Of a stretch of 64,000 nucleotides of DNA, positions 40,200 through 49,637 are shown one piece after another. Position numbers and translations under genes: made by a program. The notes beneath the pieces are model-generated. The model was not told the DNA's origin. It saw only the letters and a program-made list of their open reading frames with translations, and ran no database searches. Position 1 is the stretch's first letter, and the number at the start of each line of letters is the position of its first letter. Origin of the DNA: Akkermansiaceae bacterium (GTDB lineage: Bacteria; Verrucomicrobiota; Verrucomicrobiia; Verrucomicrobiales; Akkermansiaceae); contig JBPOGF010000001.1 of assembly GCA_051251915.1 (NCBI GenBank), forward strand, positions 352,001 to 416,000, given 5' to 3'.

Positions 40200-42017
40200 T
40201 TATTTAGCAGGGGCTGCTTGTGGGGCAGGTTTGTCCTGTTTCTTGGTGCTTTTGATGTAGAGTTCGCGGAGTTGCTTGAAGTCTACTTCTGCTGGGGACT
40301 GGGACATGAGGTCTGAGCCGCGGTTGTTTTTAGGGAAGGCGATGACTTCACGGATGGAGTCGCTTCCTGTTACTAGCATGGCGATGCGGTCGAGTCCTAG
40401 GGCTACGCCGCCGTGGGGTGGTGCGCCGAAGCTGAATGCTTCTAGGATGTGACCGAACATGGTCTTCTTCTCTTCTTCTGTGACGCCTAGCGCGGTGAAC
40501 ATTGAGTCTTGGAGGTCTGTCTCGTGGATACGGATGGAGCCACCACCTAGTTCGAATCCGTTGAGGACGACATCGTATGCTTGGGCTCGGAGATCTTTGT
40601 ATTCACCTGCTTTTAGCTTGGCTTCGTCTTCTGGGACTGGGCGGGTGAATGGGTGGTGGACTGCGTGCCAGCGGGCGTCTTCTTCGTTGTAGGCTAGGAG
40701 TGGGAATTCTGTTACCCAGAGGAAATTTAGCTCGGTGTTGTCTTTGAGGAGTTCTTGATATTCCGCGCATTTGATGCGGACTCTGCCGAGGACGTCACAG
40801 ACGGTGTCCCAGTCACCAGCTCCGAATAGGATGAGGTCACCTTCTTCGATGTTCATGGTTTCCTTCATTGCGGCTAGTTCTGAGTCGCTGAGGAATTTTG
40901 TGATTGGTGAGCGCCAGTCTTTTGGTTCTGGTCCGCGTGCCTGGATATAGGCGAGGCCACGTGCACCGGCTTCGATGGCTAGCTTGGTGAGTTTGTCGAT
41001 CTGGCCAGTGGATGCGCCGCAGAATCCTTTGGCGTTGATGGCTTTGATACATCCGCCTGCTTTGAGTGCGCCGGAGAATACTTTGAACTCAGAGTTAGCG
41101 AAGACTTCGCCGAGGTCTGTGAGGTGCATTCCGAATCTGCGGTCTGGTTTGTCTGAGCCGAAGGTGTTGAGCGCTTCGTTGTAGGTGATGCGGTCGAACG
41201 TGGCAGGGACGTCAGCGTTGATGGATTCTTTGAAGATTCTGCCGAGGAGTTTTTCGATGAGGGTGATGATGTCGTTTTCCTGGACGAATGATGCCTCGAT
41301 GTCGATCTGTGTGAATTCTGGCTGACGGTCAGCGCGGAGGTCTTCATCACGGAAGCAGCGTGCGATCTGGAAGTATTTCTCAATGCCGCCACACATGAGG
41401 AGTTGCTTGTATTGCTGTGGGGCTTGTGGAAGGGCGTAGAAGTTTCCGGGGTGCATGCGTGATGGCACGAGGAAGTCACGGGCGCCTTCTGGTGTGGACT
41501 TGGAAAGTATGGGTGTTTCGATTTCTAGGAAGCCGTCTTCGTCTAGGACGTCACGTGTGGTTTTGGTGATACGGTGACGGATCTTCATGTTGCGCGCCAT
41601 GGTAGGGCGGCGGAGGTCTAGGAAGCGGTATTTGAGGCGCATGTCCTCGTTGTTGATGTCTTTATCAAGAGGGAAGGGGAGGACTTCTGATTTGTTGACG
41701 ATGGTGAGTTCTGTGGCTGATACTTCAATCGCGCCGGTGGAGATGTCTGCGTTTGCGGTGGATTTGCCTTCGAATTCTGGGCGTTCTTCAACGATGCCTG
41801 TGATCTGGATTACGTCTTCATGGCGAAGTGACTTTGCGAGTTCTGCGATCTGAGCGTTAGTTTCTGGGCGGAAGACACACTGGGTGAGGCCTTCGCGGTC
41901 ACGGAGGTCGATAAATGCTACACCACCGTGGTCTCGGTTGGAATTCACCCATCCGATGAGGGTGACGGTTTTGCCGATGTCTGAGTGCTGGAGTTCGTTG
42001 CAGTGGTGTGTTCTCAT
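40200..42017 (-). CDS. aspS: Aspartate--tRNA ligase (likely non-discriminating Asp/Asn)
   Basis: RDHGG, STPEGARDF, CFRDEDLRADRQPEF, GGGSIRIH, PPHGG; His in RDHGG is typical of ND enzymes. Confidence 0.97.
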   Translation of the reverse strand: MRTHHCNELQHSDIGKTVTLIGWVNSNRDHGGVAFIDLRDREGLTQCVFRPETNAQIAELAKSLRHEDVIQITGIVEERPEFEGKSTANADISTGAIEVSATELTIVNKSEVLPFPLDKDINNEDMRLKYRFLDLRRPTMARNMKIRHRITKTTRDVLDEDGFLEIETPILSKSTPEGARDFLVPSRMHPGNFYALPQAPQQYKQLLMCGGIEKYFQIARCFRDEDLRADRQPEFTQIDIEASFVQENDIITLIEKLLGRIFKESINADVPATFDRITYNEALNTFGSDKPDRRFGMHLTDLGEVFANSEFKVFSGALKAGGCIKAINAKGFCGASTGQIDKLTKLAIEAGARGLAYIQARGPEPKDWRSPITKFLSDSELAAMKETMNIEEGDLILFGAGDWDTVCDVLGRVRIKCAEYQELLKDNTELNFLWVTEFPLLAYNEEDARWHAVHHPFTRPVPEDEAKLKAGEYKDLRAQAYDVVLNGFELGGGSIRIHETDLQDSMFTALGVTEEEKKTMFGHILEAFSFGAPPHGGVALGLDRIAMLVTGSDSIREVIAFPKNNRGSDLMSQSPAEVDFKQLRELYIKSTKKQDKPAPQAAPAK

Positions 42018-42137
42018 GTTGATTGATTTTTGTGAAATTTTTGCTTCTAATAAGCGTGCGGAGGTGGGTGTCTTAGAAAACAGGACAAATGTCGAGTCTA
42101 AGCTTTAGAAAAGATGACATATTTTGGAGCGAAGAAA

Positions 42138-42491
42138 CTAGAATTTTTTCTGGCTTTTGCGTTGTTTACGCGGGACTTGTGTAGCGAGGACGCGTTGGTA
42201 GTTTTTCTCTTTGATGAGGAAGAGTGGATAGAGGTGCTCTTCGATCCAGTCGAATCCGGCTTGGAGTCCATTTTCCTCGTAGACTCTGCCTATTTCGGCT
42301 TCTACTGAGGTGGGGTTACCTTTGCTTTTTAGGAATTCATTGGAGGTGAAGCGGACAAACATTTCGCCGTCCATTTCGCCTTTTTCTTTGAGTATCCATT
42401 CGCGGACGTAGAGGGCAAGGACGGCATCGCCTACCCAGGCTTCTTCGCGCTCTTTGGTGAGAGCGAGGTCTTTTTTCTTTGGAGCTGCCAT
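42138..42491 (-). CDS. Small RNase III-domain (Mini-III-like) protein
   Basis: EAWVGDAVLALYVRE, SN, VEAEIGRVY; no dsRBD. Confidence 0.72.
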   Translation of the reverse strand: MAAPKKKDLALTKEREEAWVGDAVLALYVREWILKEKGEMDGEMFVRFTSNEFLKSKGNPTSVEAEIGRVYEENGLQAGFDWIEEHLYPLFLIKEKNYQRVLATQVPRKQRKSQKKF

Positions 42492-42503
42492 GTGGGTGAA
42501 GCT

Positions 42504-43079
42504 TTAGCGACTCATACGATTTCGTAAAGCAGTTTCCGACACTCCGTCCCAATATCCACTCTCTAGTTCCATGAATACGGATGTGTAGGGGAGGCTGGTG
42601 GTGGTTTTGATAACGAGGATGCGGTAGTTTTTACGGGCATCTGTGATGAGTAGGTTGAGGGCGTTGTTCGTGAGAGTGAGGGTTTCTCTTTCGTTGAGGA
42701 CTTCTTTGAGTTTGGTGCGATAGTTATTGATGCCTGGAGTGTCATGTTCTGTGACGGCATCAGCTTCGCGGATGAGGTGGATGCGCGGGCGGACGTGGCT
42801 GTGGGCGTCGATGGACTGGAGGACGCCATCTAGTGCCTCAGTGGTATTTACTGGGGTGGTGATGGTGGTGACTCCGCTTCTTGATAGAGCTGGGAAAGAT
42901 GGCTCAGCGACTATGACCCAGTTGAAGGAGCCTAGTTTGTGTACTTCTTGGTCAACGGTTGTGAGCCAAGTTGGCGCTGTGGATAGCCAGGTGACAGAGG
43001 GGTCTTGTGGAATGGGTTGTTGGCAGGAGACGAGAAAGTTAAACGCTGCGAAAAATGAGATGGTGAGTTTGTTTTTCAT
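42504..43079 (-). CDS. RbsD/FucU-like lipoprotein
   Basis: Lipobox LVSC; LG..NWVIVAE..FP and ILVIKT...PYTSVF pattern. Confidence 0.65.
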   Translation of the reverse strand: MKNKLTISFFAAFNFLVSCQQPIPQDPSVTWLSTAPTWLTTVDQEVHKLGSFNWVIVAEPSFPALSRSGVTTITTPVNTTEALDGVLQSIDAHSHVRPRIHLIREADAVTEHDTPGINNYRTKLKEVLNERETLTLTNNALNLLITDARKNYRILVIKTTTSLPYTSVFMELESGYWDGVSETALRNRMSR

Positions 43080-43106
43080 ATTACGTTTGAATTAAAGTGA
43101 TCTTAT

Positions 43107-43550
43107 TTAGTGGTGTTCTGAATGGTGGTCTGAGCATCCTTGGCATTTTGGCCAAGCTGTGGTGCTGTCTGTGTAGTGCTCTTTTTTCCAGATTGGGACG
43201 GTGTTTTTTATTTCATCGATGATGTAGCGGCATGCTTGAAAGGCTGCATCGCGGTGGGCTGCTGAGACGCCGACGTAAACTGCCATTTCTCCTATGGCTA
43301 AGTGGCCTACACGATGGTGGCATCTGATGTCTTGGATGTCAAAGCGCTCTATGGCGGCTTCGATAATACGATTTCCTTCTTTGGTGGCGAGTTCTGGATA
43401 GCTTGAGTATTCGAGAGAGGAAACGGCTTTGCCGTCATGGTGGTCGCGGACCCAGCCTTCGAAGCTGCAATAGCCACCACAAGTTGGGGAGTATAGTTGT
43501 TTACGCAGGTGTGCGTGGTCAAGCGGGGTGTCGCAGATCTTAAAACGCAT
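43107..43550 (-). CDS. moaE: Molybdopterin synthase catalytic subunit
   Basis: FEGWVR, LEY, HRVGHL.IGE, SAAHR.AAF, IK..VPIWKKE. Confidence 0.93.
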   Translation of the reverse strand: MRFKICDTPLDHAHLRKQLYSPTCGGYCSFEGWVRDHHDGKAVSSLEYSSYPELATKEGNRIIEAAIERFDIQDIRCHHRVGHLAIGEMAVYVGVSAAHRDAAFQACRYIIDEIKNTVPIWKKEHYTDSTTAWPKCQGCSDHHSEHH

Positions 43551-43561
43551 AAGAGGGTGGG

Positions 43562-44239
43562 TTATTTCCTAGGGATGATAAGTCGTTTGCCGAGCGAAAT
43601 GGATGTGCCGGAGAGTCTGTTGGCTGTCTGGATGTCAGAGATGGATGCTCCGTATTTGCGCGCTAGTCCGTATAGTGTGTCGCCTTTGACAACAGTGTGA
43701 ATGATGGGCGGCTTGGATTTAGGGGTGATTTTTTTAGGGGTAGGCTTAGAGGGTTTAGGGGTGGCCTTGACCGTGGTTTTCTTAGGAGTGTAGGTCGGTT
43801 TGCTAGGGGTAGGGGTGGTGGTTCTGCTTGGTGTGTAAGTTTGAGTGGGTGCTACTGGTTTGTAGGATGCTACTGAACTAGGCTTAGGCGTAGAAGATGG
43901 TGAGGGGGTAGGAGCTGCTTTGGGGGAGCTGCCGAAGAAGCTTGATGAAGATTTATTGTTTGAAGTGGAGCTGGTGCTAGCAGTGCTTTTTTTAGTGGTA
44001 GATTTAGAGGGTTTGGCTGCTACGTATTTGCGCTTAGGAGCATCGTCCGCCCAGTTTTCTACGTAGTTGCCATTTGAGTCAAATGGGCCGTGACTGGGTT
44101 GAAAGCCATCTGTTTTTTTTACTACTACTGAGTCTACGTTGGAGCTACAGTTACTAAGGCCGAGCGCGAATAGAGCTACGGGTAGTGACTTGAGGATATT
44201 AATAAGGATGTTTTTGCTGCGTGAATTCATTTGAGACAC
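43562..44239 (-). CDS. LysM peptidoglycan-binding lipoprotein
   Basis: Lipobox LSNC, S/T/P/K linker, C-terminal HTVVKGDTLYGLARKYG. Confidence 0.92.
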   Translation of the reverse strand: MSQMNSRSKNILINILKSLPVALFALGLSNCSSNVDSVVVKKTDGFQPSHGPFDSNGNYVENWADDAPKRKYVAAKPSKSTTKKSTASTSSTSNNKSSSSFFGSSPKAAPTPSPSSTPKPSSVASYKPVAPTQTYTPSRTTTPTPSKPTYTPKKTTVKATPKPSKPTPKKITPKSKPPIIHTVVKGDTLYGLARKYGASISDIQTANRLSGTSISLGKRLIIPRK

Positions 44240-44386
44240 CGAAAGTTAACATGCATTAACTAAAATGGCGAATGTTATTTTGAGGATAGAGAAAAAAGCG
44301 TTAAATTAATTTTGATTGTTAAGTATTGTTAAATAATGACTTGGCGAGTGGGGGAGGAAAAAATGCAGGGAAATCGCAATGATGGA

Positions 44387-44414
44387 TTGACAAGTAGCCA
44401 AAAATCCGTAGTTT
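44387..44414 (+). promoter_or_regulatory. Sigma-70 promoter of the rpmH operon
   Basis: TTGACA-N16-TAGTTT. Confidence 0.6.
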
Positions 44415-44480
44415 CTGCGCCCCGTGCCAGATTCAAAGTGAATTTGGTCATATCAGGGGAAACACTAACAGGATTTCATC

Positions 44481-44663
44481 ATGAGTAAAAGAACTTATCA
44501 ACCATCTAAGCGCGTTCGTAAACGCCAACACGGATTCCGTGCACGCATGGCTACTAAAGCTGGACGCGACTGTCTTCGTCGTCGTCGTAAAAAAGGCCGT
44601 AAGCGTCTCCTACCTAAAGGTGCGGAGATTCACTTCAAGCGCCATACTAAGCAGCACACCTAA
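44481..44663 (+). CDS. rpmH: 50S ribosomal protein L34
   Basis: [23 protein letters not shown]; upstream of rnpA. Confidence 0.97.
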   Translation: MSKRTYQPSKRVRKRQHGFRARMATKAGRDCLRRRRKKGRKRLLPKGAEIHFKRHTKQHT

Positions 44664-44675
44664 GCAACTCTTTAT

Positions 44676-44719
44676 CTCAGGGTGGATATTTAACGATGTC
44701 CACCCTGGGGTATTTTCTT
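44676..44719 (+). terminator. Stem-loop (terminator/attenuator) between rpmH and rnpA
   Basis: 14-bp stem ctcagggtggatat / atgtccaccctggg with T-rich tail. Confidence 0.7.
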
Positions 44720-44768
44720 AGTAGGTTGGCTGAGGTTCTAGTCAATCATGTGATAATCATCGCGCCCT

Positions 44769-45125
44769 ATGCGGCTTCCTAGAAAGTTCTCAATGACCCA
44801 ACGAGCAGAATTTGCTCGTTCGCGAGAACATGGAAAGTCTCGACCAGGGCGCTATTTGGTTCTTAGTGTTCTGCATCAATCGGATTTGGATCACTTTAGA
44901 ACTGGGTATATCACTACGAAGAAAGTGGGGAAGGCTCACCAGCGAAATTTACTTCGCAGGAGGTTCAGGTCAATAGTGCAGAACCACGGAGAGAGAATAG
45001 ATCCTCATTATTACATTGTGACGATTGCTAGGTGGCGAGCTAAAGAGGCGAGCTATGAGGAGCTGGAGAAAGACTGGCTCAAGCAAGCGGCCAAGCTAGG
45101 AATACTCAAACCTGAAGAACACTAA
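44769..45125 (+). CDS. rnpA: Ribonuclease P protein component
   Basis: G...[16 protein letters not shown] (RNR motif); synteny. Confidence 0.95.
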   Translation: MRLPRKFSMTQRAEFARSREHGKSRPGRYLVLSVLHQSDLDHFRTGYITTKKVGKAHQRNLLRRRFRSIVQNHGERIDPHYYIVTIARWRAKEASYEELEKDWLKQAAKLGILKPEEH

Positions 45126-45136
45126 ATCTTATTCTT

Positions 45137-45403
45137 ATGAATCCGTTACATTTTCCAAAATGGTTCATCAAGAAGATGATCGTGCTCTATCAGAAGCTGA
45201 TCAATCCTATTTTACATTTTATCGGTGGGCCCTACGCAGGATGTAGGTTTTCGCCATCTTGCTCTAACTATTGCTTACAGGCGGTAGAGACTCATGGGGC
45301 AATTCGTGGGGTGCTTTATGGAATGTGGCGAATTTGTCGTTGTCATCCATGGGGTGGAAGTGGGGATGACCCTGTTCCCGAGAAGAAGAATCATCAGAAA
45401 TAA
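45137..45403 (+). CDS. yidD: Membrane protein insertion efficiency factor
   Basis: [24 protein letters not shown]. Confidence 0.95.
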   Translation: MNPLHFPKWFIKKMIVLYQKLINPILHFIGGPYAGCRFSPSCSNYCLQAVETHGAIRGVLYGMWRICRCHPWGGSGDDPVPEKKNHQK

Positions 45404-45436
45404 ATAAATTTTCATACACTAACCTAACATTATACT

Positions 45437-47365
45437 ATGGACCGTAAAGGCTGGATTATCCTCATTTTCTGTAGCATCGCATTGGTGCTCAACTACATGT
45501 TTCTAAAAGATACGCAGAGAAAAGTAGACGAAGAAAACAAAGACAAGGTGGAGGAGGTAGTAGATGCTAACTCTGATGGTGGAGCTACTCCGACTGAGGG
45601 AGCTGCGGCGTCTGGTGAAGCAACTGATGCATCTCCTTCCGCTGAGGTAAAAGTCGATGAGCCATATGAACTCTTTGCTTCTACTGATGGTGAGAAGGTG
45701 ACAAAATTCACATTTTCAAATATTGGTGGGGGAATCAAGTCGGCTGAGATGCTGCAGGAGAAGAAGGTATTTGATAAGGAAAAGAACGTTGTAATCAATG
45801 AGCATGGTAAGTCAGTGATTGGGGCGTTGGCTAAAAGTTATAAGGATTTCGAGAAGACTTATTATGAGCGTGTTGAGGAATCAAATCATTCTGTAAAGTA
45901 TGTGGGTGAGCTTGAAGATGGTGTGACGGTGACTAAAAGCTGGACATTGGAGGATGGGACTGCTGATAAAGCGCCTAAGCTTAAGTTGGTAATTACTTTT
46001 AAGACAAAGGAGGGAAAGAATTTCGATCTTAATCAGTACTCAATCACTACTGGCACAGCGGTGCCGGTGTTCGTTAAGGAGCAGGTGAATTTGGCGGGTT
46101 GGTTTTACTATCAAGATGGAGATTATGAGGGAGAAAACCACAGTAATTTCACTGGTGGAATGATCTCGGATGCTAAGCCGGTTGATACGGTGAAGACAGA
46201 AAATCTTGAGTATTTTGGTGTGAATAGCCAGTTCTTTGGAACAGCGATTTTCCCTAAAGCTGATGCGAATAGTGATAATCTATGGGCTTCAGGTGAGGAA
46301 GTGTTGCTGAATGATGGTGATAAATCTGGTAAGCGTTGGATCTTCCAGATGGGACTCGATCTTCCTGAGAAGACTGTGCATAGCGGTGAGACAGCATCTA
46401 TTTCATATGATATTTTTGTAGGAGCGAAGCAAAATAGACAGATGTCTGCTCTGAGTGAGAATAGTGACGATATCATGAATTTCAGCATGTTCTCAGCATT
46501 TGGTTGGATTTCAGATAAGATGAATAAGGCGCTTAACGGAATCCATAATTGGTTCCCTGAGGATGCTGCTTGGAGCTGGGGATTAGCGATTGTGCTTCTT
46601 ACTCTCTTTATCCGTATCATTATCTGGCCGCTTCATAATAAGTCGACACGCACGATGAAACGCATGAGCAAGCTTCAGCCGATCATGAAGGAGCTACGTG
46701 AGAAGCATAAGGATAATCCACAGAAGCTGAATCAGGAGACGATGAAGCTGTACCGTGAGTATGGTGTGAATCCTATGGGTGGTTGTCTGCCAATGTTGGT
46801 TCAGATTCCAATTTTCTTTGGTGTTTTCAACATGATCAATGCTGCTGTTGAGTTACGTGGTCAGCCGTTCATGTGGGTGGATGATCTTTCACAGCCTGAT
46901 CACCTTACTGATGTGTTTGGTCTTCCTTTGAATTTGTTGCCTATTTTGATGGCGGTAACGATGGTTGTTCAGATGCGTATGACTCCTCAGACTGGGGATA
47001 AATTACAGCGTAGGATCTTTATGCTGATGCCGTTGATGTTCTTTGTATTCTGTTATAATTATGCTTCAGCGTTAGCGCTTTACTGGACTACGCAGAATAT
47101 TGTATCGATTGGTCAGACTTGGTTGACTCAGCGTATGCCTGAGCCTGAACTTGCTAAGAAGTCAGCTAAGAAGGGTGAGACTACTGTGGTAGATGATGGT
47201 AAGCCTCGTAAGAAGGGGTTCATGGAGCGTATGGCGGAGAAGCTTGAAGAGGCTCAGAACCAGCGTGATGCGGCGGCAGGAAGAGCTCCTGCGGCTAAGA
47301 AGAAAGTTCCTGGTCAGATCGCTGACAAAAAGCCTAAGAAGCGCACTCCTAAAACTGGAGGTTAA
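45437..47365 (+). CDS. yidC: Membrane protein insertase
   Basis: WGLAIVLLT..IR, GVNPMGGCLP.LVQIPIF, LYW. Confidence 0.97.
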   Translation: MDRKGWIILIFCSIALVLNYMFLKDTQRKVDEENKDKVEEVVDANSDGGATPTEGAAASGEATDASPSAEVKVDEPYELFASTDGEKVTKFTFSNIGGGIKSAEMLQEKKVFDKEKNVVINEHGKSVIGALAKSYKDFEKTYYERVEESNHSVKYVGELEDGVTVTKSWTLEDGTADKAPKLKLVITFKTKEGKNFDLNQYSITTGTAVPVFVKEQVNLAGWFYYQDGDYEGENHSNFTGGMISDAKPVDTVKTENLEYFGVNSQFFGTAIFPKADANSDNLWASGEEVLLNDGDKSGKRWIFQMGLDLPEKTVHSGETASISYDIFVGAKQNRQMSALSENSDDIMNFSMFSAFGWISDKMNKALNGIHNWFPEDAAWSWGLAIVLLTLFIRIIIWPLHNKSTRTMKRMSKLQPIMKELREKHKDNPQKLNQETMKLYREYGVNPMGGCLPMLVQIPIFFGVFNMINAAVELRGQPFMWVDDLSQPDHLTDVFGLPLNLLPILMAVTMVVQMRMTPQTGDKLQRRIFMLMPLMFFVFCYNYASALALYWTTQNIVSIGQTWLTQRMPEPELAKKSAKKGETTVVDDGKPRKKGFMERMAEKLEEAQNQRDAAAGRAPAAKKKVPGQIADKKPKKRTPKTGG

Positions 47366-47376
47366 AACTAAATAAC

Positions 47377-47748
47377 ATGAGCAATACAGAAGAAAGAGAT
47401 CTAGGTGTCCAACCTCTCGATGCTATCCTGAGGGGGTGGCAGCTGGATAACCACGATGTGGTAGAGGCTTCACCTCAGCAGCTTACTCACAAGCAGATAG
47501 TCCGAGCTAGAAATGGCCGTAGACTGACACTTAAGATGATGATCAAAGTTGCAAGGACGGTTAATTTTGCGATCTGGGGTAGGCTTACTGATGAGGAACG
47601 CGAGGCTTTCACGGAGTATTTTCCAAAGCACCTATTTTCTTATTCTAAGGGTTGGGATGCAGCAGTGACTGATCCAAACTTGGCGCATTATGGTTTGATT
47701 GAAGGTAGAGAGTTGCGTGAGGATTTCCGTGCAGAACTCGGTCTTTAG
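47377..47748 (+). CDS. Hypothetical protein, possibly HTH-like
   Basis: Intact ORF 11 nt after yidC. Confidence 0.75.
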   Translation: MSNTEERDLGVQPLDAILRGWQLDNHDVVEASPQQLTHKQIVRARNGRRLTLKMMIKVARTVNFAIWGRLTDEEREAFTEYFPKHLFSYSKGWDAAVTDPNLAHYGLIEGRELREDFRAELGL

Positions 47749-47755
47749 TTTTCTG

Positions 47756-48169
47756 TTATTCTGCTAAGAAGGCAGTAAACGCATTTTTTAATTCCTCTAC
47801 TCGTTGATCTGAGTAGGGGATTTTTTCTTGATGGCCCCAGACGACTTCTGGCCAGGCTGGATCTGTTTCGGTTCTGCCGATGATGTGGATGTGCATTTGG
47901 CGGACGATGTTAGCGATGTTGCCGATATTGAGTTTGGATGGGGAGAAGTGTTGCTCGATGAATTGGCTAACTGTGAGTGTGGTGTTGTTGATGTTTTGGT
48001 ACTCGGTGGTGGTAAGGTGGGTGATTTCGGTTTTGGTTTCTGAGATGTGTGGGACGACGACAAACCAGGGGTAGTGGGCGTTGTTTTTTAGGAGGACATC
48101 GCAGTTGTTGATCGTTGCTAGGAGGTGGCCGCCTGAGGCGAGTCGGGGGTTTAGGGTGAAATCTGTCAT
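47756..48169 (-). CDS. HIT-domain protein
   Basis: YPWFVVVP, KLNIGNIANIVRQMHIHIIGR...DPAWP.VVWG. Confidence 0.88.
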   Translation of the reverse strand: MTDFTLNPRLASGGHLLATINNCDVLLKNNAHYPWFVVVPHISETKTEITHLTTTEYQNINNTTLTVSQFIEQHFSPSKLNIGNIANIVRQMHIHIIGRTETDPAWPEVVWGHQEKIPYSDQRVEELKNAFTAFLAE

Positions 48170-48362
48170 TTTGTTGCGGTTGGAGTTGAGGTTGCTGGTG
48201 ATTGGGTGGTAGATTTAGATATTTTGGGGATTTAGCAATCACTATTCATCATTAATATGAGGTGTAAAGGCTGATGGCTGTTAGATTTTGCCTTGCGCAG
48301 ATGGTGATTTGGGGGCATTCTGTGGCTGCTCTTATCAGGAGAGATAAGAAATTTCAGAAAAC

Positions 48363-49022
48363 ATGAATTTTTTTCGCAACATAGCGTCCAATGTATTGAG
48401 GGGATCATCTAACCAGGAAGCCAGTGAGGCTGGAGGGGATGGTTCTCAAGAAATAGAGATAGACGATGCTGATCTGGTGAGGCGAGCACAAGCGGGTGAA
48501 TATGCCGCGTTTGATGCCCTCGTCACTAAGCACCGAGGAAAGGTATATGCGATGATAATGAATATGGTAAAAAACGATGCGGATGCATGGGACCTAGCAC
48601 AGGATTCCTTCATCAAGGCATGGCGAGCGTTGCCTAAGTTTGAGAATAGATCTAAGTTTTCGACTTGGTTATTTCGCATTTCCCACAATGTGGTGTATGA
48701 TTGGATGAGGAAGAAAAAAATCCGATCAGAAGGTGAGCTTGATGACGAATTGCTGGATGCGAATCGGATAGATATGAGTGCAGCCACGGCTCCTAAGCAA
48801 AGTCTGAGACCAGACGAAGAGATAGTTGGAAATGAGCTGAGGCGTGAGATAGAGGATGCTCTGAATAAACTTTCCCCCCAACACAAGGAAACCATCGTGC
48901 TGCGTGAGGTGCAGGGGATGGACTATAAAGAAATAGCAGACGTTATGGATTGCTCAGTGGGCACTGTGATGAGTCGGCTTTTCTATGCTAGAAAGAAATT
49001 ACAAACATTATTAAAACCATGA
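48363..49022 (+). CDS. ECF sigma-70 factor (RpoE-like)
   Basis: D..LV.RAQ.G...AF..LV, DLAQDSFIKA, SKFSTWLFRI, Y.EIA.VM.CSVGTVMSRLFYAR. Confidence 0.95.
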   Translation: MNFFRNIASNVLRGSSNQEASEAGGDGSQEIEIDDADLVRRAQAGEYAAFDALVTKHRGKVYAMIMNMVKNDADAWDLAQDSFIKAWRALPKFENRSKFSTWLFRISHNVVYDWMRKKKIRSEGELDDELLDANRIDMSAATAPKQSLRPDEEIVGNELRREIEDALNKLSPQHKETIVLREVQGMDYKEIADVMDCSVGTVMSRLFYARKKLQTLLKP

Positions 49023-49624
49023 ATAGACCTGATGAAAAAACACTCTGTAGCTGGCTCGAGGGCGAATTAGAAGGCGAGGAACTTCGTAAAGTAGAGGCGT
49101 GGGCTGAGGCTAATGCTGATGATCTGGATGCAGAATTTAAATGTGATATAGGATGGGATGCGCTTAACGATGAGATGATGGCACTGTTGCCAGCGTCTGT
49201 GGAGCCACCGTATCCGGAATTTTTTAACGCGAAGTTGCAGCAGGCAATTGAGGATGATTCGTGGTCTGTTGATGCTGTTGAGCATGAGCCTGCTAGGGCT
49301 ACGGGGTCACTGTGGCAGAAGTTGCGCTTGATGTTGGCTCCAGCTGCTATTGCTGCGTTGGTAGCGTTTTATGCTGGGATGCAGATGAGGAGTGTGGAGC
49401 CAGTGGAGGCACCTGAGTTAGCTGTTGAGGAAAGTAGTGTGTATGTTCCTCATAGAGGGATAGTGGCGGCTGTGTCCGAGTCTAGTGGAGCTACTGAGAT
49501 TGTCTTAGATGGTCTTGCTCCGATTTCTGATGAGCTGGACATCGCTGCTGGTGAAACTTCACCAGGGGACTCACCGATGATGGCGAATACGCAAGAGGAT
49601 GTTCAGCATTACATCTTTTTCTAA
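49019..49624 (+). CDS. Putative anti-sigma factor (single TM)
   Basis: ATGA overlap with the sigma gene; L..WL.GEL N-terminus; TM helix. Confidence 0.8.
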   Translation: MNRPDEKTLCSWLEGELEGEELRKVEAWAEANADDLDAEFKCDIGWDALNDEMMALLPASVEPPYPEFFNAKLQQAIEDDSWSVDAVEHEPARATGSLWQKLRLMLAPAAIAALVAFYAGMQMRSVEPVEAPELAVEESSVYVPHRGIVAAVSESSGATEIVLDGLAPISDELDIAAGETSPGDSPMMANTQEDVQHYIFF

Positions 49625-49637
49625 ATTATCATCACTT

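Noticed and set aside
44240..44480. Possible oriC upstream of rpmH
   Set aside because: No dnaA (a LysM gene is divergent instead), no TTATCCACA boxes seen, and the skew does not change sign
47756..48169. Degenerate HIT motif as a pseudoenzyme
   Set aside because: QxHxH is normal for this HIT subfamily
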